From Candidatus Omnitrophota bacterium (lineage in GTDB: Bacteria; Omnitrophota; Gorgyraeia; Zapsychrales; JBAZNR01): DNA of 64,000 nt. Below the pieces are notes generated by a model. That model searched no databases, was not told the DNA's origin, and saw nothing but the letters and a program-made list of their open reading frames with translations. This document shows positions 38,674 through 50,015 of this stretch, piece by piece. How positions within the stretch are numbered: position 1 is the stretch's first letter; every line of letters begins with the position of its first letter. Location of the stretch: positions 7,461 through 71,460 of the forward strand of contig JBAZNR010000001.1 of assembly GCA_041649175.1 (NCBI GenBank), read 5' to 3'. A program made the translations under genes and the position numbers.

Positions 38674-40071
38674 TTAGTGCGCTGTTTCAGAAGAAATGTT
38701 GAATTGGATTTTCTGCGCGGCCACACAAACACCCATCATGATCCACATAAGATTTCCCAATTGCACCGAATAAAAATTTGTGTCAACAAAACTATGCGCC
38801 AAAAATCCGATCAGGCCCGATAAAGAACCCAAAAGTACGGCAAGTAAAAATTTATCAGACATAAAACGGATGCCCTTAAATGAATTCCAAATGAGGGCAT
38901 AAATGATCCATAAAAACGCAAAGAGGCCAAAGAATCCCATTTCCGCAGTCAATTGTAAATAACAATTGTGAGGATACCCACCCAGGCGACGATCATGGGA
39001 TACGCGAGTATACGTATTTAAGCCTGTTCCAAATGGAAAATCTTTGATGATCTTAAACGAGTTTTTCCAAAATTCCACACGCCCGCTGCCAAAAACCGGA
39101 ACATTCTCGCCAAGCTCAACCTGCTTTGTTCCGTTATCCTCTGCCTTTTTCTTGATCACCTTTAACTCCTGCTGAATTTTCACATTTTCAGAAACGAAAG
39201 ACACGTTCCTCTTCAATTCTAATTGCGGAAAAAAGAAAAGCAGAAATATAATAATAGTCGGAATGGATGCCTTTAGTGTCTTGGGCCATAAGACACCCAA
39301 GAAAATAAAAGCTGTAAAAAATCCCAACCAAGCTCCTCGGGAAAAAGTTCCTCCCAGTGATAAAAAACAAACGATAAGCAGAATTGAGAAAAAGATCTTC
39401 TCAACATACGGAGAACACAGCGTCTTTTTCTTGTCTTGTGTTAAACAAGGATTAAATCCGCCGACAAAAACAAAATTAAACATTAAAGAGAAAGCAATGA
39501 TCAAATAAGCACCAAAATCATTAGCTGTCCTAAACGACGCTGTCAGCCGATCTCCGGGAAACGGATTATGACGAACAAAATCAAAGCCGATAAACTGCTG
39601 CAGATAACCGCTTACCGCCGTTACTAAGGCCGAAAAAATAAAAACACCCATAAAAACCTTAAGACGCTTAAGGCTGGTCATTACTTCAATGAAAATAAAA
39701 CAAAGAAAGGTCCATTCTAACAGTTTAAAGAAGAAGCCTTGAAAACTTAACAAGTGATACTGGCTCAAAATGACCGATGTGAAGCCAGCAAGAATAAAAA
39801 CAGAGACCGGTCTTCTTAGATAGCTAGGGACGGGTAAAAACGTGCGGATAAAAAGCTTTGTTTTCTCGAGAAAAGAATTTCTGGAGCCTCTCAAGGAGGC
39901 GTTTTTTGATTCAAAATAAAAAATAACACCCCTCTTAATAAAAAAACAAAGCTGAATAGCCCCCGCAAAGATCTCTTGCAAGGCAATCGAGATAGGCAGA
40001 AAAAAGATCAAGGCACAAAAAGAAAAAGCCATCACTTGGTCAATACGATTTATTATTTTTTGATCATTCAT
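38674..40071 (-). CDS. O-antigen ligase / Wzy_C-family polytopic membrane protein
   Basis: 465 aa, about 12 TM helices. Wzy_C signature region GGTFSRGAWLGFF ... HNCYLQLTAEMGFFGL. Confidence 0.7.
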   Translation of the reverse strand: MNDQKIINRIDQVMAFSFCALIFFLPISIALQEIFAGAIQLCFFIKRGVIFYFESKNASLRGSRNSFLEKTKLFIRTFLPVPSYLRRPVSVFILAGFTSVILSQYHLLSFQGFFFKLLEWTFLCFIFIEVMTSLKRLKVFMGVFIFSALVTAVSGYLQQFIGFDFVRHNPFPGDRLTASFRTANDFGAYLIIAFSLMFNFVFVGGFNPCLTQDKKKTLCSPYVEKIFFSILLIVCFLSLGGTFSRGAWLGFFTAFIFLGVLWPKTLKASIPTIIIFLLFFFPQLELKRNVSFVSENVKIQQELKVIKKKAEDNGTKQVELGENVPVFGSGRVEFWKNSFKIIKDFPFGTGLNTYTRVSHDRRLGGYPHNCYLQLTAEMGFFGLFAFLWIIYALIWNSFKGIRFMSDKFLLAVLLGSLSGLIGFLAHSFVDTNFYSVQLGNLMWIMMGVCVAAQKIQFNISSETAH

Positions 40072-40087
40072 AACAAAATGAGTGTCC

Positions 40088-42054
<1,967 letters not shown>

Positions 42055-42088
42055 TCCAATCCTCTCTTTTCTTCGATTCTTTTTGTTC

Positions 42089-43408
42089 CTATTTTATAGC
42101 AGGAATATTTTGAAGGCGCAATAGTTTATCAATGGAAATTAATAACCCGATCATATACCAAAATAAAACTGAAAGCTTTAAGGAATAGAAATTGGTGTCA
42201 AAGAAACTATGGGACAAAAATCCCGCAACACCGGAAATTAACCCCAAATTTAACATAGCTAAATTTTTCTCTGTTTTCTTCATATACGACTTGATCGTCT
42301 CCAATGTCTTTTGAAAACTTTGCAGCATCAGCCAGAGAAAACTTCCCAAGCCGAAAATCCCGATTTCAAATGCTATTTGAATATAGCAATTATGCGCATA
42401 AGAAGGATAATACAGCGGCAAACCGCTGGGGTTAACAAAACATTTTTCAAATAACATCATGTATGTGTTTAGCCCATAACCAAAGATAGGTTTTTGCGCG
42501 ATCATTCTCGCGCTATAGAGCCAGACATCAAAGCGCCATGCAACGGAACCTTGCTGGCTTGCCGCGATGCGAAAAGTTTCTTTGACCTGAGAAGATGCAA
42601 AGATGGGAAATAATATGGCAGATACGAACAAAACCGTAAGCGATAATAGCGCCGCCTTTGGATTAATAAAAAACAAAAAGAACGCCCCTGCCAAGCAAAC
42701 AGAGAGCCATGCCCCGCGAGATAATGTAGCGATCAAACACCAAATTGCCGAAACAAAGATGACGAAGAAAATAACTTTCCACGCCCTTTTTACCGAAACA
42801 AACAAAAGTGATAGTGCAACCGGAAAAACAAACGTTAAATACCCTCCTAGGCTGTTGTACGTGTTAAAGCTAGCCGTAGCCCCACTCCCTTTAATGATCG
42901 TCTGCCCTAAAAAGATGTCCTTTTGAGTGAAATGAAACTGCACAATAGCGTCTAAATTAACGGCGAATGCCGAGAAAAGAAAAACCCCAACAGCCGTCAT
43001 GATGTGTTTTTTTGTTGCAATAAATTCAAGGACAAGAAAATAAACAATGAACCATTCTAAGGTTTTTGTGGTAAACCCGCGCAACGCATGCAACGGATAT
43101 GCCGATAAGACAACGGAGATCAAACACGCCGCAAGAAAAACTAAGATAGGAAGGTCAAGAAAACTCGCCGCCGGCCTAAAACTTTTTAAAAATAAACTAA
43201 TTTTTCCTTTTAATACGAGATTCTTAAAAGATCGCGCATCAAAAAGGATGATCCGTTTAGCGATCCACAACAATAAAGAAATAATGACGCATGCCTCTAC
43301 AACAGCAGAGCCATACGGAAGCCAGAAAATAAGAAGGGAGAGGAAAACCCGAGCAACTGCATTGATCCGCTCTACTAAAACCCCATTATGTGCGCTCAAG
43401 CTGTCCAA
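42089..43408 (-). CDS. O-antigen ligase / Wzy_C-family polytopic membrane protein (second copy)
   Basis: [16 protein letters not shown] ... [17 protein letters not shown] Wzy_C signature. The track ORF start at 43534 overlaps the upstream gene by 121 nt; an in-frame TTG at ~43408, right after that gene's stop, is proposed. Confidence 0.65.
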   Translation of the reverse strand: MDSLSAHNGVLVERINAVARVFLSLLIFWLPYGSAVVEACVIISLLLWIAKRIILFDARSFKNLVLKGKISLFLKSFRPAASFLDLPILVFLAACLISVVLSAYPLHALRGFTTKTLEWFIVYFLVLEFIATKKHIMTAVGVFLFSAFAVNLDAIVQFHFTQKDIFLGQTIIKGSGATASFNTYNSLGGYLTFVFPVALSLLFVSVKRAWKVIFFVIFVSAIWCLIATLSRGAWLSVCLAGAFFLFFINPKAALLSLTVLFVSAILFPIFASSQVKETFRIAASQQGSVAWRFDVWLYSARMIAQKPIFGYGLNTYMMLFEKCFVNPSGLPLYYPSYAHNCYIQIAFEIGIFGLGSFLWLMLQSFQKTLETIKSYMKKTEKNLAMLNLGLISGVAGFLSHSFFDTNFYSLKLSVLFWYMIGLLISIDKLLRLQNIPAIK

Positions 43409-43412
43409 GTCC

Positions 43413-44876
43413 TTAATAAGCTCCTTGGCCTTTGAGAATGGCAGGAATAGTTTGCAGGAGGATGTTGATATCAAGCCAAAATGACCAGTTATTGATATAC
43501 CAAATATCCCATTTAACCAGCCGAGAGAAAGCAATGTCGCTTCTTCCTCGAATTTGCCAAAGACCTGTCATCCCGGGGCGGACTTCAAGGCGTTTAAGCT
43601 GTTTAAAATCCTCTTTTTCAACCTGGTCGATAGGAAGAGGCCTGGGCCCCACTAAACTCATCTCGCCTTTGAGCACATTAAGTAATTGAGGTAATTCATC
43701 CAGGCTATATTTTCTCAAGAAACTGCCTACCTTTGTGATCCTTGGATCTTTTTTCATCTTAAAGATCGGTCCATCCACTTCGTTTTTGCACTTTATTTGA
43801 TTCATGATTAAATCCGCTTCCTTAACCATGCTTCTGAACTTATACATATAGAACATTTCCCCTTTTTTCCCGTATCGCCTTGAAGAGTAAAAAATAGGGC
43901 CGGGGCTGTCTAATTTGATCATAATGCCGATTAAAAGGAAAACCGGAAGCAGAATGATCAATGTGATTAATCCAACCGCAAAATCAAATAATCTCTTCCC
44001 TGTTTGCTTGCGAGCATTAAACTCATTTTCATATTCTAGAACCGGGATAAATCCAATGTTATACCGAGAAAAATCTCCGGAGGTCAGCTCAAACCCTTGA
44101 GGAATAACGCGTACCGCGACTCCCAAATCTCTTGCGTCCTCTAATAACTTCAAGAAAACACTGCTGTCGTGATGAACAGTAATAAAAACTTTATCAATGA
44201 ATCTCTTCTTGGCGATATCGGAAAAATCAGAGATCTTGCCAATGATCCGCATGTGCTTGTCGGCGGGATCATCTTTCTTAAAATCATCCAGAAAACCGAC
44301 GATCTTTATTCCCAGCCCCGGCCTGCTGGTAATTTCCTGAGCTAAGGCAACACCGACTTTTCCGGCGCCAACAATGATTGCATTAAAATTGTTATATCCT
44401 TGCGCCACCAAATATTCGACGAAAAGCCTTTTGATCACACGCCACAAAAAGAAAGATAAAATAATAAGCGCGATGCTGATCAAGAAAATGCTTCTCGGAA
44501 ATTCTTGAATTTTAAGAATATACTGGAGGCTAACGACTCCCAACGAAGACAAAAAGACCGACTTGGTGATCATCCAAAGCTCAATGCCTTCCATCAATTC
44601 TCTTCTTGTTTGATACAAGCCGAATAGGTTGTTAAAAATAACAACAAAGAAGATCCACGACAAAAAAAGGATCTGAAAAGGATTGGATTGAGAAGAAAAC
44701 AAACGCTGAAACTCTACAGGGAAAGTCAATGTTTCCTGCCGAAATAAGCACGCGGCAAAAATACACAGGCTGGCAATATAAACATCTATCAATATGTAAA
44801 TAAAAAGGATGGGTGGATTTTTAGATTTGGATCTCATGGCATTTCTCTGTTTGTTCAGGCCTAAATTAAAAAACAT
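43413..44876 (-). CDS. Undecaprenyl-phosphate sugar phosphotransferase (bacterial sugar transferase, WbaP/WcaJ/EpsB-like initiating enzyme)
   Basis: N-terminal TM segments plus a Rossmann-like region. C-terminal catalytic domain RLFDFAVGLITLIILLPVFLLIGIMIKLDSPGPIFYSSRRYGKKGEMFYMYKFRSM...DELPQLLNVLKGEMSLVGPRP. Confidence 0.85.
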   Translation of the reverse strand: MFFNLGLNKQRNAMRSKSKNPPILFIYILIDVYIASLCIFAACLFRQETLTFPVEFQRLFSSQSNPFQILFLSWIFFVVIFNNLFGLYQTRRELMEGIELWMITKSVFLSSLGVVSLQYILKIQEFPRSIFLISIALIILSFFLWRVIKRLFVEYLVAQGYNNFNAIIVGAGKVGVALAQEITSRPGLGIKIVGFLDDFKKDDPADKHMRIIGKISDFSDIAKKRFIDKVFITVHHDSSVFLKLLEDARDLGVAVRVIPQGFELTSGDFSRYNIGFIPVLEYENEFNARKQTGKRLFDFAVGLITLIILLPVFLLIGIMIKLDSPGPIFYSSRRYGKKGEMFYMYKFRSMVKEADLIMNQIKCKNEVDGPIFKMKKDPRITKVGSFLRKYSLDELPQLLNVLKGEMSLVGPRPLPIDQVEKEDFKQLKRLEVRPGMTGLWQIRGRSDIAFSRLVKWDIWYINNWSFWLDINILLQTIPAILKGQGAY

Positions 44877-45099
44877 CAGAGAAGAGTTCGGCCTCTGAAT
44901 TATCTAAGATATTACCAAAGAATGTGCTATTGTCAAGACATACGAAACCCTGGATTCATTGCTATTATTTTCACTAAAAAGATGCCTTTTTTATACATGC
45001 TGTACACTAAAAAACCTATGTTGATCAAAACGAAAACTTATCCTTTACTCATTGAAATAAATAACACTTACATCAACATGTTTTCGCTTCTTAGCGTAA

Positions 45100-45128
45100 T
45101 TGACACTGGCAAAGACTAATGATATAGT
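45100..45128 (+). promoter_or_regulatory. Sigma70-like promoter for the radical-SAM/Gfo-Idh-MocA fusion gene
   Basis: TTGACA (45100-45105), 17-nt spacer, TATAGT (45123-45128). About 95 nt upstream of the ATG at 45224, in a 347-bp divergent intergenic region. Confidence 0.5.
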
Positions 45129-45223
45129 ACACCCTTGATCAGTTGTCCCTTTTTGCTTTCCTGTTTATTCTCGTGTTTTAGAAAAAGTAAGTTTTTACTA
45201 CAGAGTCCTGAAATAAAGCTGCT

Positions 45224-47089
45224 ATGTTGAAACTTAAAGATCTCCTTTCATCTGTTGACAAGAATCGTTTGCGAAAAATCCGCAGTACGCTCTACCAAAG
45301 CCTTTTTTATAGGACAGCCTACCAGGCTTCTCACCTCAAAACCCCTCTTTTTAAACATGTCTTGATCCAAACGAACAACCGCTGTACACGAAAGTGTTCT
45401 TTTTGCTGGTACGGAATGAAGGATGTCAAAATCGTTGATGAGGAAATGCCGGAATGGCTATTTCATAAGATCATCAATGACCTTGTGGCCATTGATTATT
45501 CAGGAAGAATAAGCCTTTTTGAAATGAACGAGCCCTTAACGGATCACCGTGTCTTTGAGTGGGCAAAATATGTCAAGCAGAAACTGCCTAAAGCATGGCA
45601 GTTGATCGCCTCCAACGGCGATCTTCTCACGGAAGATAAAGCTATTGCCCTTCTTGAGAATGGTGTTGATTTTCTTAATATTAGCTCATATTCCGATAAC
45701 AGCTACTTGAGAATGAAGTCGTTAATTCGTTCTCTCCCGAAGAAATTCTCAGATCGCATGATCAATACCAGGTCTAAACCAGAAACTATGTCTGATAATC
45801 GGGGAGGAAATTTGCCCCACATTCAAGCCGTTTTTATCCCTCTTAAAGAACCGTGTAGCCGCGTTAATCATGTCCTCTATATTAAGCCAAGTGGAAATGT
45901 CGTTTCTTGTTTTGGCGATTATTTCAATGTCAATTCCATGGGCAACACAAAAGAAGAAAGCCTAACCGCAATTTGGTTCGGGAAGAAATTTGAAACACTA
46001 CGGAAAAATCTAAACCGCGGTAATAGAAATATCTCTTCGTTATGCCAAAGCTGCAATGTCGGCGCCGGAACTAATTTCGTTACACGCGCAAAACAAAACC
46101 GATGGCTGCAGGAAAGCAAAATTAAAACCGGAATTATCGTCGGAGCAAGCCAATCCGCTCATCTTTTCTTTCCGTCTTTTAGAAAGTATTGTAAAATTAA
46201 TTCTGTCATATCAAAAAATCATCTACACGACCCATTTTTCCGCAGCCGAAAAGTTCCCATGACAGAAAATCTCAAAGAGGCCTTATCGGATCCAACCGTT
46301 GATTTCGTGTTTGTTGCCAATGAAAGCGGTAATCATTACGAGGCCGCAAAACAAGCCCTGCTCGCTAACAAACATGTGTTGATCGAAAAGCCTACGACTA
46401 CCCAGGTAAGCCAGGTTGACGAATTAATTGAATTGGCGCGTTCGCGTAATTTAGTTTGCGCCGGAATATCACAATGGCGTTTCCTTAATTTGGCAAGCCT
46501 GACTAAGCAATGGATCAAAGAAGGACGGTTTGGCAGTCTTCTTTTTATAAACGCTAAATTACTTTGGCAGCGAGATAAAGATTATTACATTAGGCAACGC
46601 GGTACCTGGAGCTCGGATGGAGGCGGAGTTTTGATCAAACAAGCTATTCATTGTTTGGATCTGATGTTTGATCTTGGCGGAGTTCCGGTTTCGTGGAGCG
46701 GATATTGTTCAAACCAATCCATGGGGCTAGAGACTGAGGACACCTCTTTGGTGTCTTTACGATTTCAACAAGGCTTTGGGTCTTTGATCGCGACAACGTG
46801 CCACTTTGAGGAAGAAAAACCGCAGATCGAGATCATCGGAACGAAAGGAAGGATGGCTTTTAATATTTGCGACCAAATTACCCGTTGGGAATTGCCGTTT
46901 TCAAAACCAGTTTTTGTCCCGAGAAGCAATATCTTTGACCGGCAAATAAAAAACTTTTTGGAATCGATCGATGAGCCTTCAAAACTTGTCGTAACAGCCC
47001 CTCAAGGAAGAGAAATTCTTGCCGTTATTGAAGATATTTACAAAAAATCATTTCTTAGGGCTGACACCCAAAACGAGATCCTTAAGTAA
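45224..47089 (+). CDS. Fusion protein: N-terminal radical SAM domain with a Cys-rich SPASM/twitch-like extension, and a C-terminal Gfo/Idh/MocA-family NAD(P)-dependent oxidoreductase
   Basis: 621 aa uninterrupted ORF. CTRKCSFCWY (CX3CX2C) at residues ~54-63. Auxiliary Cys motifs: PCSRVNHV...SGNVVSCFGD...SSLCQSCNVG. Residues ~300-621 carry a Rossmann start KTGIIVGASQSAHLF, the Gfo/Idh/MocA hallmark HVLIEKP, and a C-terminal alpha/beta domain. Confidence 0.8.
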   Translation: MLKLKDLLSSVDKNRLRKIRSTLYQSLFYRTAYQASHLKTPLFKHVLIQTNNRCTRKCSFCWYGMKDVKIVDEEMPEWLFHKIINDLVAIDYSGRISLFEMNEPLTDHRVFEWAKYVKQKLPKAWQLIASNGDLLTEDKAIALLENGVDFLNISSYSDNSYLRMKSLIRSLPKKFSDRMINTRSKPETMSDNRGGNLPHIQAVFIPLKEPCSRVNHVLYIKPSGNVVSCFGDYFNVNSMGNTKEESLTAIWFGKKFETLRKNLNRGNRNISSLCQSCNVGAGTNFVTRAKQNRWLQESKIKTGIIVGASQSAHLFFPSFRKYCKINSVISKNHLHDPFFRSRKVPMTENLKEALSDPTVDFVFVANESGNHYEAAKQALLANKHVLIEKPTTTQVSQVDELIELARSRNLVCAGISQWRFLNLASLTKQWIKEGRFGSLLFINAKLLWQRDKDYYIRQRGTWSSDGGGVLIKQAIHCLDLMFDLGGVPVSWSGYCSNQSMGLETEDTSLVSLRFQQGFGSLIATTCHFEEEKPQIEIIGTKGRMAFNICDQITRWELPFSKPVFVPRSNIFDRQIKNFLESIDEPSKLVVTAPQGREILAVIEDIYKKSFLRADTQNEILK

Positions 47090-47812
47090 ATAAAAAATAA
47101 ATTTTGAATTTCCTATCAAGTACCGCCGCCATAATCTTCCCGGCTCGCAGCACAATCTAAATATCCATTCCAGCCCTGAATTTTGCATCCAAATCGGCGC
47201 TTGAGATTTTGTTCCGGCGATAAAATCAAAAGCGGCCCCCACGCCAACCATCACTGGAACATTCAATCTTAAACGATGCTCGGACATCCAAATATCTTGC
47301 TTGGGAGATCCTAATCCGACCCACAGAATATCAGGACTACAACGATTAATTTCTTCAACAATCGCCTTGTCTTCTTCAAAAGATAAATTCCGGAACGGAG
47401 GCGAATACTTCCCGGCAATATTTATTTTCGGAAATTTCTGACGCAAATTCTTCTCTAAAAGATCACAAGTTTCCTGGGATCCGCCATAAAAATAATGAGC
47501 GCAGTTTCGCTCTTGGCTTAAACGACAGGTTTCCAGCATAAGATCCGGCCCATACGTTCGTTTTATCGTTTTATGCCCTTTTAAACGTCCCAGCCAAACA
47601 AGCGGCATTCCATCCGGCGTTACCATAGCAGCGCCATTAATGATAGAACGATATTGCTCGTCTTCCTGACAGCGCACAACGGTAGAAACCGGAGCAATAC
47701 ATACGTAGGTTTTATTTTTTTGCTCGATCCAGCGAAAGATATGAGCGCACGCTGCCGGAATATCCACAGAGCTTATCTTAACGCCTAAAATATCAACGTA
47801 TTCCTGAGCCAT
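47048..47812 (-). CDS. WecB/TagA/CpsF-family glycosyltransferase
   Basis: 254 aa. MAQEYVDILGVKISSVDIPAACAHIFRWIEQKNKTYVCIAPVSTVV...VTPDGMPLVW, typical of WecG/TagA. Its 3' end overlaps the 3' end of the convergent fusion gene by 42 nt. Confidence 0.85.
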   Translation of the reverse strand: MAQEYVDILGVKISSVDIPAACAHIFRWIEQKNKTYVCIAPVSTVVRCQEDEQYRSIINGAAMVTPDGMPLVWLGRLKGHKTIKRTYGPDLMLETCRLSQERNCAHYFYGGSQETCDLLEKNLRQKFPKINIAGKYSPPFRNLSFEEDKAIVEEINRCSPDILWVGLGSPKQDIWMSEHRLRLNVPVMVGVGAAFDFIAGTKSQAPIWMQNSGLEWIFRLCCEPGRLWRRYLIGNSKFIFYLLKDLVLGVSPKK

Positions 47813-47818
47813 AAAAAA

Positions 47819-49039
47819 TTAGCTGCCTCGCTTAACAGGCCTTTTATCCTGGGAGTAATCGAAAAAAGCCTGAATGATATAATCTAAGTCTTTTTGAGTA
47901 AAATATTCATGACAGCCAATATAAAACGCATGGCGATTTAAGAATTTTGCCACCGGAAACCTGTCTTCTAGCCCGGGGCCAAACAATCGTTCATAGACCG
48001 GTTGATTGACAAGCGGAAATAATTCACGTGTTTCTATTCCACGCTGTTCAAGAAAATTGATCAGCTCTGTTTTGGGTTCGTCTTTGACCACCAAGCCGTA
48101 CAGCATGAACATATTATCCCGGTCTAAAAAAGTAGACGGCAGCTGTAACTTGCTTTCAAGCTTTTTTAACCGACGAGTTAAATACAAAGCATTTTTTCTT
48201 CGCCCGCGGATGATCTTATTTCTTTCTTTCATTTGCGCAACACCTAAAGCCGCCTCTAATTCCGTACATCGATAAGAATAACCAATGTCCACAAATCGAA
48301 ACCTTTTCGCGATCACTTTTCTTAAGCGGTCAGGGCTGGAAACTTTGTCATCATCAATAGTCAAGTAAATCGGATCTCTGCCATGATTCATGAGAGAACG
48401 CATCGTAATAGAAAGCTGGCGATCGTTGGTCGTGGCAAATCCTCCCACGCCCGTAACCAGAAAATGCGCCGTATACGTCGAGAAACATCCGATATCGCCG
48501 ATAGAGCCGACCTTCTTCCCTTTATAATGCGCGAACATTGTTTCGCAAGAATCTTCGATGACTTTCAATCTGTATTGCTTGGCAATTTTCATAATGGGAG
48601 CCATGTCCGCCGGAAGCCCCAGCAAGTGGACAGGAATAATACATCGCGTTTTCGGCGTGATCGCTTTTTGAATAAGTTTTGGATCAATATTAAAAGTTTG
48701 AGGATCAACATCCACGAAAACAGGCTTCATGCGGCAGGCGATAACGATGTTCGCCGTCGCGACAAAAGTAATTGCCGGAACAATGACCTCATCACCGTCT
48801 TTCCAGCCAAACGTACTTTTGAGCGCGTGAAGCGCGATTTGCAAGGCACTCGTTCCGCTGTTTGTGAAAATGCTATATTTTACATCATGCGCCCGGGCGA
48901 ACATTCTTTCAAGGCTGCGATGAAACGGCCCATAAGAAAGCCGGCTGCTTTGTAAAACTTGATTAACCAGCTTGATCGCTTGAGCGCTAACCTTCAGTTC
49001 TCCCACGCCTAATTGCTTCTTTTTAATAACTTTAGCCAT
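47819..49039 (-). CDS. DegT/DnrJ/EryC1/StrS-family PLP/PMP enzyme with His at the Schiff-base Lys position: putative nucleotide-sugar 4-keto-6-deoxyhexose 3-dehydratase (ColD/E1-like)
   Basis: Type-I aminotransferase fold (SGTSALQIALHAL; DSCETMFAHYKG). The active-site stretch GDIGCFSTYTAHFLVTGVGG aligns with the canonical GDxxxFSFHxxKNxTxGEGG, with H in place of K. Confidence 0.8.
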   Translation of the reverse strand: MAKVIKKKQLGVGELKVSAQAIKLVNQVLQSSRLSYGPFHRSLERMFARAHDVKYSIFTNSGTSALQIALHALKSTFGWKDGDEVIVPAITFVATANIVIACRMKPVFVDVDPQTFNIDPKLIQKAITPKTRCIIPVHLLGLPADMAPIMKIAKQYRLKVIEDSCETMFAHYKGKKVGSIGDIGCFSTYTAHFLVTGVGGFATTNDRQLSITMRSLMNHGRDPIYLTIDDDKVSSPDRLRKVIAKRFRFVDIGYSYRCTELEAALGVAQMKERNKIIRGRRKNALYLTRRLKKLESKLQLPSTFLDRDNMFMLYGLVVKDEPKTELINFLEQRGIETRELFPLVNQPVYERLFGPGLEDRFPVAKFLNRHAFYIGCHEYFTQKDLDYIIQAFFDYSQDKRPVKRGS

Positions 49040-50015
49040 GATTCCCCTTTTGTTTTTTCTTGAAATATTGTTGCCACCAATTTAGCACATCATCCAGCGT
49101 TTGGTCTAAGCTAATTTCCGGTTTCCAGCCCGTGCGCCTTTTTAATTTTCGGTTATCCCCGCAAAAATCAGGGATATCAAGTTTGCGCATTTTTTGAGGA
49201 TCCTTCAAAACAGATATTTTAGCATTTGTCTTAGAAAGAAGTCGTTTTAAAATATCCTCGATGGCAACTGATCGGCCGCTACAAACGTTGAAAGCTTCTC
49301 CCATATTAGCCTTTTTCATAATGCAATAATAAGCCCCGACAACATCTCTGATGTCACTAAAATCACGTTTTGCCTTGAGATTCCCGACGTAAATTATTGG
49401 TTTTCTCAGTCCAAGCTCAATTTGAGCGATCTGGCTGGCAAAATCAGAAACAACAAATGCGTTCGATTGCCAAGGGCCGGAAAAATGGAACGTACGCGTC
49501 GTATTGATCCGTAGCTGATAATTTTTTCGATAACGTTCCACAAGTTTTTCTTGTATCATTTTGCTAATTCCATACGGGCTAACCGGGGCAAGGCTTTGGC
49601 TTTCGCGGATAGGCAAATCTTTTGGGCTCACCTTCCCATATTCTTCCGCTGATCCGGTTAAAAGAATTTTTGACCGAGGAGAGGTCTTAATAACGGCTTC
49701 AAGGAATTTGGACACTCCCAAAACATTGGTTTCATAAATCGAAGGCGCCATCTCAAAAGAACGCGCGACAGTAACAACAGAACAAAGAAAGTATATCTCG
49801 TCCGCAGAGACCTTAGAGAGAACTTCTTTGATCCGAGAATAATCATTGATATCACACTGAAAAAGTAAACATCCCTTCAAGGTATTTTTCTTAAAAGCAT
49901 CAAGCTTTTTATTATAAGTGCCTACAATTTCATTTTTCTCAACAGTTTTAAGATAATTCCAAAGATGCGATCCGGAAAACCCGTCAACACCAAAAATTAA
50001 TATCCGTTTTTTCAT
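49032..50015 (-). CDS. NAD-dependent epimerase/dehydratase (extended SDR), probable nucleotide-sugar reductase/epimerase
   Basis: ILIFGVDGFSGSHLWNYL Rossmann motif, catalytic SPYGISKMIQEK (YxxxK). ATG at 50015 forms an ATGA overlap with the upstream GT4 gene; the track ORF extends further. Confidence 0.8.
   Translation of the reverse strand: MKKRILIFGVDGFSGSHLWNYLKTVEKNEIVGTYNKKLDAFKKNTLKGCLLFQCDINDYSRIKEVLSKVSADEIYFLCSVVTVARSFEMAPSIYETNVLGVSKFLEAVIKTSPRSKILLTGSAEEYGKVSPKDLPIRESQSLAPVSPYGISKMIQEKLVERYRKNYQLRINTTRTFHFSGPWQSNAFVVSDFASQIAQIELGLRKPIIYVGNLKAKRDFSDIRDVVGAYYCIMKKANMGEAFNVCSGRSVAIEDILKRLLSKTNAKISVLKDPQKMRKLDIPDFCGDNRKLKRRTGWKPEISLDQTLDDVLNWWQQYFKKKQKGNHG

Noticed and set aside
44877-45223. 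Weak hairpin (aggcc...ggcct) at ~44860-44905 in the divergent intergenic region
   Set aside because: The stem is only ~5 bp with a long loop, so it is not a convincing terminator or riboswitch. The region is better explained as divergent promoters.
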